The notes under the pieces: model-generated
Databases searched by the model: none
Seen by the model: the letters and a program-made list of their open reading frames with translations, nothing else
Told to the model about the DNA's origin: nothing
Shown here: one piece after another, positions 37,201 to 45,454 of the stretch
Layout: each line of letters starts with the position of its first letter
Numbering within the stretch: the first letter of the stretch is position 1
Program-made: the position numbers and the translations under genes
Origin: an uncultured Gammaproteobacteria bacterium
GTDB lineage: Bacteria; Patescibacteriota; Patescibacteriia; S139-126
Length of the DNA: 64,000 bases
Assembly: GCA_964620905.1 (NCBI GenBank)
Contig: CAZUKA010000001.1
Span: forward strand, 455,646 to 519,645
Reading direction: 5' to 3'

Positions 37201-39690
37201 TTATAATTTATAATTCTTCTCCATACTATATCTACTCACCAAGTAACCACCAGCAATAACTACGAGTAAACCATATATGGTGAAATCACGACTGGCTGCT
37301 GATCCCCCAGTTTCAGGTAATTCTTCATATCCTAAAACTTGCACTTCAGCTGGTTCTTCAACTTCTACTTCAAAACCCAAAACTTGCACTTCTGGCTCTG
37401 GAGTTGGCTCTTCCAATAATGTCTCAACTGGTTCTTGGGGCGTTGGTTCTTGGGGTGGAGTTGATTGAGTAGTTGCAATAGGTCCACCGCCACCACCTCT
37501 GACTGGATACTCACAACTACCATCATTTTTATTGGCCTCAGCATCATAGTTCAATGCCGTGGGATCAGTACAACCATAAACTGGATCAACATAGCGATTT
37601 AAAAAATACACTTCCTCAAAACAACCATCCAATGTAATTTGATGAATACCCGCACCTCCTGGTTGAACTTGCTGCCAATCTTCTGGTATTACTTCTGATA
37701 CAGTATAGTCACCGTAAGGTAAATCTGTAAATTCTACACAACCTGATTGGTCAGTCACTTTTGATTGACTGATTTCATTGCCATTGAGATTTATTGTCCA
37801 ATTGGACAACGGGATACCCGGCAATAAACTTAATGCTTGAGCAGTTTTTATTTTGATGTTATCCCAAAGTTTTGCTAAACCAGCCACCAAAAAATTATCA
37901 TTTTTTACCTGCTGATTGTCAGCCGGTACACAATCATAGATTAACCATGTTTCCCAACTATCATTATTTGGTTCACTAGTTAAATAACCATTTTCCGCGT
38001 CCGAATAATCACAGTGACTGTGCGTGTAGTCAAAATAAGGGGCAGCACATTTATAATTATCAGACGTACCAAAATCGCTTACTGCTGGCCTTTGCTCCCA
38101 CTCTTCAGGAGTTGCAAATCTCCAGCCAGGAATTTTTATTGGTTCAACAGTACTACAACTACCTGAACAAGGACTGGCCCAAGCCCAATAACGACCATTC
38201 TTTAGTATAGCCCAGTCAGGCATTTGACTATCAATCAAACATGATGACTCCTCATATTTACAGGCGCGAATTGTTCCGGTTGACTCCGGTACATCACACT
38301 GACCAACAACTTGCAAATGATCAAAGACAAGAGAATTTTCACCAACACAAGCATAGTTTGCCAGCATTACTTTTATTTTACTAAAATTAATATTTGTTCC
38401 TATCTTAGACAGATCAAGTGTCATATAACCACTAGCTGATGGCAATTCAGAATAATGATTAGGATCAGCTGCAGCATAACCTTGATAAATGCCACTAATC
38501 ACTCCATTGCCATAATAAACTTGATAACCAAGATTTGTTTCATTCTCATCAAGAATATATACCACTAAATAAGGAAAATTATACTCATCCATAGTTGAAC
38601 TAAAAGCCAAATAAGCTTCCAAGTCTGTATAATCAGTATTACCAATTATATTGTATATTTTTTCAATATACTGACTGGGACACAATGAATAAGTATTTCC
38701 AACTACGCTGGTCTGTATCGCAGTACTCCCATCATAAGGTGAAGTAATTTCACCATAAGAAAATATAGGATTACCACCAGAATTTGTTACTGACCAAGTT
38801 GATAAACTACCCGGTAAAACTTCATCTATTATCCCACTGCCTGAACAAATTTGATAATTGCCAAAATCCATTTTTCTAACATTCGATCCAGGTTGCAGAG
38901 GGCTTATAGTGTAATAAGTTTGCCCATTAGGCATTGTGGCCTGCCAACCATTGCGAGTTTCTTCCTCTACTTTATAATTTACGTTAGCTGGAACATCATC
39001 AAATCGGTACATTCCTTCGTTATCAGTTTGTACAGAGGTAACCAATACCCAAGCTTCATCTTGTTGACGATATAGAAAAATTGTCCAACCAGCAATACCT
39101 GGGTCATCTGTATCACCCTCGTTTGGTCCCAGTCCATCTCTGTCTAAGTCATTGAACTTCATACCGGAAATAGAACCAGTTGGCACTTGATAATTATAAA
39201 AAGTAACAACGGCTCCATTGGTATCTAAAATATCTACTGCTAATTCAGTAGGGGTTATCTGTCCATATTGTTGATTTGAAACCACTTGCCAACCACTTGG
39301 AGTCCAATTGGTTTTTGTTTCTTCTGTCACTTGATAAACACCAAACTCTAAACCGCTTAACACTACACAACCAGTTTGCCCATCAGTAGTCACTTGTTGA
39401 TTAAATCCAATACTATTATTAATTACCGTCATATTCCAACCCAATAAATAAGGTTGGTCATCACTAGTTGGACCATCACCGGTTAAATCTTGATATTTAC
39501 AAATAGTTAGGTCTCCTGTCAGAGCTACTTCTGCTTGTGAGTTATTGACCAAAAACAATTGTCCATAACCCAAAGAAAATACTAAGGCAATGAGAACAAA
39601 TATCCGGGTACTTGTATGCCATTGCCGCATTCGTTTTTTTACAAAAGTTGAAAACGAACGGGAAAAACGGGAATAATTACTTCCCTGCAT
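37201..39690 (-). CDS. Giant LPXTG-anchored surface protein (829 aa) with SdrD-B/Cna-B-like Ca-binding domains, a Pro/Glu/Thr-rich stalk and a C-terminal LPETGG sorting signal
   Basis: …DLDRDGLGPNEGDTDDPGIAGWTIFLY… (SdrD-B-like). …TPPQEPTPQEP…EVQVLGFEVEVEEPAEVQVLGYEELPETGG + TM (LLVVIAGGYLV) + SRYSMEKNYKL. The start may be the internal Met (MRQWHTSTRIFVLIALVFS…), since the RBS spacing at M1 is long. Confidence 0.7.
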   Translation of the reverse strand: MQGSNYSRFSRSFSTFVKKRMRQWHTSTRIFVLIALVFSLGYGQLFLVNNSQAEVALTGDLTICKYQDLTGDGPTSDDQPYLLGWNMTVINNSIGFNQQVTTDGQTGCVVLSGLEFGVYQVTEETKTNWTPSGWQVVSNQQYGQITPTELAVDILDTNGAVVTFYNYQVPTGSISGMKFNDLDRDGLGPNEGDTDDPGIAGWTIFLYRQQDEAWVLVTSVQTDNEGMYRFDDVPANVNYKVEEETRNGWQATMPNGQTYYTISPLQPGSNVRKMDFGNYQICSGSGIIDEVLPGSLSTWSVTNSGGNPIFSYGEITSPYDGSTAIQTSVVGNTYSLCPSQYIEKIYNIIGNTDYTDLEAYLAFSSTMDEYNFPYLVVYILDENETNLGYQVYYGNGVISGIYQGYAAADPNHYSELPSASGYMTLDLSKIGTNINFSKIKVMLANYACVGENSLVFDHLQVVGQCDVPESTGTIRACKYEESSCLIDSQMPDWAILKNGRYWAWASPCSGSCSTVEPIKIPGWRFATPEEWEQRPAVSDFGTSDNYKCAAPYFDYTHSHCDYSDAENGYLTSEPNNDSWETWLIYDCVPADNQQVKNDNFLVAGLAKLWDNIKIKTAQALSLLPGIPLSNWTINLNGNEISQSKVTDQSGCVEFTDLPYGDYTVSEVIPEDWQQVQPGGAGIHQITLDGCFEEVYFLNRYVDPVYGCTDPTALNYDAEANKNDGSCEYPVRGGGGGPIATTQSTPPQEPTPQEPVETLLEEPTPEPEVQVLGFEVEVEEPAEVQVLGYEELPETGGSAASRDFTIYGLLVVIAGGYLVSRYSMEKNYKL

Positions 39691-39824
39691 AATTTTTATT
39701 GTTAATGATTTTTTACTCTCCTCCTATATATATAAAATAGTTAATACCCGGATTTATTTACTTATATAATAATTTTATATCATTTTTGTCAAATAAGCGA
39801 GACTAAAAAAGTGTGTATAATTAA

Positions 39825-39862
39825 ACCTTTCAACCAAAAAACTCCCTGGCCAAATCGGCCAA
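39825..39862 (-). terminator. Bidirectional terminator (ctccctggcc-aaat-cggccaaggag + U-run) downstream of the vWA giant gene
   Basis: Hairpin flanked by A6 and T5. Confidence 0.7.
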
Positions 39863-39903
39863 GGAGTTTTTCTATCTAAAAGCTAAAAGCTAATCGCTAA
39901 AAG

Positions 39904-42900
39904 CTATATATTGTATCTTCGTACTAAGTAAGTTCCAGCCATAAGTAGTAAAGCTCCAAACCAAGTATAATTGCTAGCTGCCACTGGTCCCCCAGTTTCA
40001 GGTAGTTCTTCATATCCTAAAACTTGCACTTCTGGTTCTTCTGCTGGGGCTTCAGTTTCAAAGCCAAGTACTTGCACTTCTGGCTCTGGGGTTGGCTCTT
40101 GTGGAGGTGTGTCACCGGTTGGTGTTGATTGGGTAGTTGAAATCGGTCCACCGCCACCGCCGCCATAGGTACAACTTTGATCATCATAAGTAGCGTTAGG
40201 GTTGTAATTATTGGCTGATGGATCCATACAACCGGGAATTTCTTCTGAACTATATTGATTACCAAAATTATACTCTGGTGCGGGATCAATATAATTAGCA
40301 ATGACAGCAAATTTTAATGGATTCAAATCAGGTAAAGTTACAGTGTGACAACTAGGGTTTGGATAAGTTTGTATCCAACCACTTTGCTGTACTTCACAAA
40401 TCTTATAATCACCATAAGGTAAATCTTCAAACCAATACCAACCATAATGATCTTGGCTATCTGAAGTATCCTTATAAGTTTCTTCATTGTCCAATATACC
40501 GTTGTCATTGGCATCAATAAATATTCTCCAACCTGACATTAAATCTTCATCGCCACGCTGACCATCACCATCAACATCATTCCATTTATACCCATGAATA
40601 TCACCCGTCGGATCTGGTGGGGTTTCAACTGGCACATTCATCGCCACACAGTAATAGGTATTTCCTTCAGAAACATTTATAAACTCAGAGTTATCATAAT
40701 TTAAGACGTCAGTATCACACCAAAATTCTGCACTAACATCACTACCTGGAGCTGTTGGATATTCAGTTGATGGATAAGAAAATGGGATATAACCTGTTTG
40801 TAATACTTCCCTAAACCACAATTTACCAGGTAATCCAGTCAAATTAATATCTACTTGTGCCGGCTGTTCAGCTGGACCAGTGGCACTGTCAAACATATAC
40901 CAGCCATTCTCGTTGGTTGGACCTACTACATTTCCATCTAGTTTAGGATCAATTTGATGATCACCCCATTGGAACTCCCAACCTTCTTCAAAACGACAAG
41001 CGCCTTGAGAATTATTTACAAAATCTTGTGCAGTACTTGCATTGACTGTTATATCATTTGACCAGTTGGGTAAATCTGTTTCACTGTCACACACAATCTT
41101 ATGAGCAATCACCGTGGCTTTTGGATATGGACATTCAACTAACTCAAGTCTCACATCATCTATAAACATACCAAATGAGTTTGGAGTTCCCATATCAGTA
41201 AAGGTAAGACTTTTCATTGTGCTGTTGTCGTTAACCATTGGATAAGAATAATTATACCAAGTAGTGTCTGTTTCTCCGGTACCATCAAGACTATTTGTTT
41301 GATCAATACTGCCAAACTGTGCTCTGACAATATTTTCGTCTAAGCCATATCCTGGACGTGCAGCCAGTTTGAAAGACAACTGATAGGTTGCATACGGTAT
41401 AACATCTATATTTTGGTATATTACTACTGAAGCTTGTTCATTATTTATTGATCCACCAGGTCCATCCCAATCCGAATCAAGTTCAGAATATTGATTACCT
41501 TCAGCTGGAGTGTATAGTCCACTATTATGCAACTCCAGATTGGCTGTGGCTGGTGCACCGTCATAAGAACCAACCCAACCAACTGTCCAACCTAAATCAG
41601 AGGTACCAGACGGATATATGTTCCAATTTTCAGAAGTATCCACAACTGGAGTTTCAAAATCACCATTAACAACAGTTACCATTCCTGGCACACAAGAACT
41701 TGGAATTTCTTCCAATATACAATTTGGTGTGCACATCCAACCTTCTCTTACTTCATCATTACCATCACATTCTTCACTATCTTGATTGACTATACCATCA
41801 CCACAATAAGGAGCTATACGATTATTAAAAGTACAAGTAATAATATCATTGGCACTAACATCGATTCCAGTGACTGCATTGTCATTCCAAGTGCCTTCTA
41901 CTTCTTGACTTTGGTTATAACAAACAGCATTAGCTACTTCATAACCATTCTCTACTGTTTCAGTCACACTATAGGTACCAGGATTTACTTCTTTGGCTGA
42001 GGTCTGACCATTTTGACCAGTAACTAAACTCTCACCAGCTACATCAAAAGTCCATCCCGCAGTTGGGGTATCATCAATAAGTTTTGTTACAGTAATAGTG
42101 CCGCCGCAAAGATCACTGGCTAGTTGTGCTAGAGTTGTGGCTAAAGCATCAAAACTAGCAGCGCCATAATAAGCATCTGCACTGGAAATTTTTTCCATAT
42201 TTGCCTGACCACCCGCATCAATACCAATTCCAAGGGTAATAATCCTAGTACCAGCTGTTTTTATTGTATTGGCAACTGTAATAGCATCTTCCAAATGACT
42301 CAAAGGACCATCACTTTCTGTTGGTTCTCCATCAGAGGCAAATATAATCAAATTTGGATTTGGTCTGGGATCAAAAGTGCTCCAAGCTTTAGCTAAACCA
42401 TCTTCCCAATTGGTATAACCGCTACCACTAGAAGGTAAACCACCAATAGCTGTAGCTGCTTGAGCTGGGGTTAGAGAAAAATTATTCAATACTGTGGCTG
42501 AAGATGAAAATCTAGTTAAACTAAATTCTGTGGGTGTACCAGAAAAAGCAGTTGCAAATGCTGACAAAGCATTTTTCATTTGTGTCATTTCTGTACTGTT
42601 TATACTACCTGAAGTATCAGCTACCAAAGCAATATCCAAACCGCATGTAGCGCCAAGAGTTGGATTGGTTACTGGTTGAACTGGTAGTGTATAATGAACA
42701 GTTATTGTAATATGATCAACACTGGCTGTATCATTCCCACCACCAGTCCGACCAACAGATAAGACAACACCAAAATCATTATCATTTATATCAGAAACTG
42801 TCCAACTAGTTCCCCAAAGATCACTTGTACCACTACCATAAGTAGCTACAGCATCACTATTCGGCCAATTGGAATTGGTTGCTTTATTGTCTCCAACAAC

Positions 42901-43320
42901 ATTATTATTTTTTACTAACTTAACAATGTTATCTCTAATTTCACCACCATTGTCAGTCTGACTTCTCTCAATGCCAACTTGTATCCCATTAATAATTGCC
43001 CCACTAGGCACTGAAAAACCAAAACCAGTCGCCCTTAAATACTCTGATACATTACTTGAACTTGTAATTGTAACAGTAGCATCAGAATTATTAGAGCTAA
43101 TTGCTCGTCCAGGATTTGACCATGCATGGTCTGCTCCAGAAAAATCAATACTACTAAAACTTGATCCGCTTTGTGGACCAGTTGTTGCAGCAATTGCTTT
43201 CTGAGGAACAGAAAACTGTCCCAGAGATAAAACCATTGTAGCAAGGACCGCGATATACAGTCCGCGTTGCCAAGTCAGGCGTTTATATGCCTGTTTGGTG
43301 TGCTTTAAAACTTTTGACAT
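39904..43320 (-). CDS. Giant LPXTG-anchored adhesin (1138 aa). It contains a signal peptide, a vWA domain (MIDAS DTSGS), a domain shared with the TasA-like protein 32314..33696, SdrD-B-like domains and a C-terminal module paralogous to 37201..39690, ending in LPETGG.
   Basis: …GLDIALVADTSGSINSTEM…IIFASDGEPTESDG…ITLGIGIDAGG… (vWA). …DGDGQRGDEDLMSGWRIFIDANDNG… (SdrD-B-like). …EVQVLGFETEAPAEEPEVQVLGYEELPETGG + TM + RRYNI. Confidence 0.8.
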   Translation of the reverse strand: MSKVLKHTKQAYKRLTWQRGLYIAVLATMVLSLGQFSVPQKAIAATTGPQSGSSFSSIDFSGADHAWSNPGRAISSNNSDATVTITSSSNVSEYLRATGFGFSVPSGAIINGIQVGIERSQTDNGGEIRDNIVKLVKNNNVVGDNKATNSNWPNSDAVATYGSGTSDLWGTSWTVSDINDNDFGVVLSVGRTGGGNDTASVDHITITVHYTLPVQPVTNPTLGATCGLDIALVADTSGSINSTEMTQMKNALSAFATAFSGTPTEFSLTRFSSSATVLNNFSLTPAQAATAIGGLPSSGSGYTNWEDGLAKAWSTFDPRPNPNLIIFASDGEPTESDGPLSHLEDAITVANTIKTAGTRIITLGIGIDAGGQANMEKISSADAYYGAASFDALATTLAQLASDLCGGTITVTKLIDDTPTAGWTFDVAGESLVTGQNGQTSAKEVNPGTYSVTETVENGYEVANAVCYNQSQEVEGTWNDNAVTGIDVSANDIITCTFNNRIAPYCGDGIVNQDSEECDGNDEVREGWMCTPNCILEEIPSSCVPGMVTVVNGDFETPVVDTSENWNIYPSGTSDLGWTVGWVGSYDGAPATANLELHNSGLYTPAEGNQYSELDSDWDGPGGSINNEQASVVIYQNIDVIPYATYQLSFKLAARPGYGLDENIVRAQFGSIDQTNSLDGTGETDTTWYNYSYPMVNDNSTMKSLTFTDMGTPNSFGMFIDDVRLELVECPYPKATVIAHKIVCDSETDLPNWSNDITVNASTAQDFVNNSQGACRFEEGWEFQWGDHQIDPKLDGNVVGPTNENGWYMFDSATGPAEQPAQVDINLTGLPGKLWFREVLQTGYIPFSYPSTEYPTAPGSDVSAEFWCDTDVLNYDNSEFINVSEGNTYYCVAMNVPVETPPDPTGDIHGYKWNDVDGDGQRGDEDLMSGWRIFIDANDNGILDNEETYKDTSDSQDHYGWYWFEDLPYGDYKICEVQQSGWIQTYPNPSCHTVTLPDLNPLKFAVIANYIDPAPEYNFGNQYSSEEIPGCMDPSANNYNPNATYDDQSCTYGGGGGGPISTTQSTPTGDTPPQEPTPEPEVQVLGFETEAPAEEPEVQVLGYEELPETGGPVAASNYTWFGALLLMAGTYLVRRYNI

Positions 43321-43480
43321 AAATTGTTTATTTATTTATTAATTTTTCTCCTCTTTTTCCCTCCTCAAATATATTTAAATTTTATTTATTCAAGATAAAC
43401 TGGATTTTGTATTTTGCATTGTAATTTCACCATTTTACTATAAATTTGTCAATTTTTTTAAAGGTATTTATATCAACCAT

Positions 43481-43489
43481 TTATCCACA
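43481..43489 (+). promoter_or_regulatory. Second TTATCCACA (DnaA-box consensus) within the conserved motif caTTTATCCACAAtAGAATATATT, about 160 bp upstream of the vWA giant gene start
   Basis: Exact 9-mer. The motif is shared with 35851-35859. Confidence 0.4.
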
Positions 43490-43774
43490 ATAGAATATAT
43501 TAAATTATACCTTTCTTAAATATATGTCAATACCAAAAAACATGCGTTTTTATTTATTTCAATTTATGTTAAAATTGATCGTTTCACCAAGGAAAAGTAA
43601 AAATTCAGTATGACATTAATTCTATTTTTAAATATTTTTTACCTTATAATTGTTCTTACATTATAATTCATAATTCCTAATTCTATTTTTCTTGACTTTT
43701 TAATAAAAAATAAATATAATTCCAAAATTGCCCTTTAAACAATTTATTTATTCATCAATTCATAGGAGAAAAAT

Positions 43775-44176
43775 ATGAGAGAAGAAACGGCGGTAGCAAA
43801 CGTTTTGCCTATCAACCCCATCACTTTACCAAAAAAAGCTATTTGCTATGACAGTGACGGCGATACGGCTGTATCACCCTATACCATCACTTTGGTAAGT
43901 GAAATAAAAATAGAAAATTTTTCTGCAAAAAACAATTCTTTGCCTTGCGCCTGTAATCAGGCAAGGCCACCCAAAGATTTACCTATAGGTAAAACCTACA
44001 CCCTGGGCTTTGGTGATCCGCTTATTTTATACAACCTTACTTTGGTTGATAAAAATAAAATTCCTACCCACCTAGATAAATTTGCTGACAAAGCAGACAG
44101 AGAAATTTGGTTATTTAAAACTATGCCCGGCAATTTAGTCGCCATTGATTATGAAGAAATTTTTTTGTGTGAATAA
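43775..44176 (+). CDS. Hypothetical protein (133 aa) with an AGGAGA RBS
   Basis: Intact ORF with RBS, co-directional and 9 bp upstream of the zinc-ribbon mini-gene. Confidence 0.5.
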   Translation: MREETAVANVLPINPITLPKKAICYDSDGDTAVSPYTITLVSEIKIENFSAKNNSLPCACNQARPPKDLPIGKTYTLGFGDPLILYNLTLVDKNKIPTHLDKFADKADREIWLFKTMPGNLVAIDYEEIFLCE

Positions 44177-44185
44177 GGAGGTTAC

Positions 44186-44386
44186 ATGATACCCGAAGTT
44201 AGTTTTGAAAAAAACGAAGATATTGTCCCAGACAATGCCATTTACAATACTAAACCCTGTCCTACTTGCAGTGGCACCGGCAAGGTACCTGAAACCGGAA
44301 TAAATAATCCGGAAAACAAAAATAAGGTAAAACCTTACCAAAAAACCTGTCCGACTTGTCGCGGAGCAAAAAGAGTAAAAAAATAA
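44186..44386 (+). CDS. Small DnaJ-type zinc-finger protein (66 aa) with two CxxCxGxG-like motifs
   Basis: Strong RBS taAGGAGGttac-ATG. CPTCSGTGKV and CPTCRGAKRV motifs. A terminator follows at 44399-44427. Confidence 0.6.
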   Translation: MIPEVSFEKNEDIVPDNAIYNTKPCPTCSGTGKVPETGINNPENKNKVKPYQKTCPTCRGAKRVKK

Positions 44387-44398
44387 TCTAAAAACCAA

Positions 44399-44427
44399 TC
44401 AGCTGGCCCTAAAAAGCCAGCTTTTTA
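44399..44427 (+). terminator. Terminator (agctggc-cctaaaaa-gccagct + TTTTT)
   Basis: Hairpin followed by a U-tract. Confidence 0.7.
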
Positions 44428-44458
44428 AAATCATAAAAAGTTATCCCCAATCCACCCC

Positions 44459-44487
44459 TTGACCTAATTTTTTATCTGCGCTATAGT
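44459..44487 (+). promoter_or_regulatory. Near-consensus sigma70-type promoter TTGACC-17 bp-TATAGT
   Basis: -35 at 44459-44464 and -10 at 44482-44487, with 17-bp spacing. Confidence 0.6.
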
Positions 44488-44493
44488 GTTAAT

Positions 44494-44590
44494 AACAACA
44501 TCGCACATTCTAAAACTAAAACCTCAAACAACCAAAAAAACAAACAAATTTCTCTTATAACCGATTGCTCTGCAATCGGTTTTCTCTTTT
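44494..44590 (+). ncRNA. Candidate ~95-nt sRNA: a promoter-proximal CA-rich unstructured 5' part followed by an intrinsic terminator (aaccgattgc-tctg-caatcggtt + UUCUCUUUU)
   Basis: Promoter upstream, no ATG-initiated ORF, and terminator hairpin at 44559-44581. A separate hairpin at 44596-44620 serves as the terminator of the minus-strand gene 44623..44982. Confidence 0.45.
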
Positions 44591-44622
44591 ATATAAAAAT
44601 CCCGCAAATATTACGGGATTTA

Positions 44623-44982
44623 TTAATTCCAGGGAACTCCACTAAAAAAAGCTATTAGCCAAACAAACCAAGCATATTTTGAACCTTGATGAAAATAATG
44701 TATATAACGTCTGTTTTCTTTTCCTTGCCAAAAAGCAAATATAGCCCAAAAAAGATGCAAACACATAATCAACAAAGCCAGATAGCCGGCTAAGCTATGA
44801 AAAGTAATTGTTGGGGAAGTGGCTATTAGGTACATCTGTGTTGTACCTAGTAAATCAAAAGTAAAAGCGCCAATAAATACACCCAACATCCATTTTTTTA
44901 AATGACCACAGATTTGTTCTGACCAAATAGCCAAAGAATAAAATATTAACGCCCCAGAGATGGTTAGTATAGCCAACAACAT
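44623..44982 (-). CDS. Hypothetical integral membrane protein (119 aa, about 4 TM segments)
   Basis: Hydrophobic segments throughout. Confidence 0.5.
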   Translation of the reverse strand: MLLAILTISGALIFYSLAIWSEQICGHLKKWMLGVFIGAFTFDLLGTTQMYLIATSPTITFHSLAGYLALLIMCLHLFWAIFAFWQGKENRRYIHYFHQGSKYAWFVWLIAFFSGVPWN

Positions 44983-45040
44983 CTTTACCTCCTTAAAATA
45001 TTAATTTGCAGATTAAATTAACTTAAATAAAAAACAAAAA

Positions 45041-45078
45041 ACTGTCAAATATTGACAGCCCGTTTTGTTTAGTTATAA
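45041..45078 (+). promoter_or_regulatory. Consensus promoter TTGACA-16 bp-TATAAT. Its -35 box is embedded in the perfect palindrome CTGTCAA-ATA-TTGACAG (45041-45057), a candidate operator.
   Basis: Read directly. The palindrome has 7-bp arms and a 3-bp spacer. Confidence 0.6.
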
Positions 45079-45135
45079 TTAAATTACGCCAACTTTAAAG
45101 TTGGAATAATTCAATCAATCCCCAAGGAGGGTTTT

Positions 45136-45195
45136 ATGAAACATTTAATCGCACGTATACGCGGTTCAACATCCAAATCAAATAAGCAGATGTGA
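45136..45195 (+). CDS. 19-codon ORF (MKHLIARIRGSTSKSNKQM) with a strong RBS (AAGGAGGG, 5-nt spacing). It is preceded by the 16-bp palindrome CCAACTTTAAAGTTGG and followed by a terminator. It could be a leader peptide or a micro-protein.
   Basis: RBS at 45124-45131, ATG at 45136, TGA at 45193-45195. Confidence 0.4.
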   Translation: MKHLIARIRGSTSKSNKQM

Positions 45196-45219
45196 AGAAC
45201 CAGCAAGTAAAGAGGATCT

Positions 45220-45268
45220 GGCCAATCAACCAAACAAAAATCCACAAGGTCTGATTGGCCTTTTTTAT
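45220..45268 (+). terminator. Terminator (ggccaatca…tgattggcc + TTTTTTATTT) after the 19-codon ORF
   Basis: 9-bp stem with a long loop and a U-tract. Confidence 0.55.
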
Positions 45269-45454
45269 TTATCCAATTTAAATTTATTTTGCAAGGATTA
45301 TATAAATAGTTATCAGTAAAGTTATCGTTCCTAAATTAGCCAGAGTAAGAATAGTTTTATTTATCATCCAATCTAAAATCACCGTCAAAAATTGCCAAAG
45401 ACCATGAAATAGCACTTTAATAATTAATAGTGGGTGTTAAATTAAATTTTATTA

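Noticed and set aside
45136-45195. 19-codon ORF as a ribosomal protein (L34/L36-like)
   Set aside because: There is no sequence resemblance to bL34, bL36 or other known micro ribosomal proteins. It is kept only as an unassigned small ORF.
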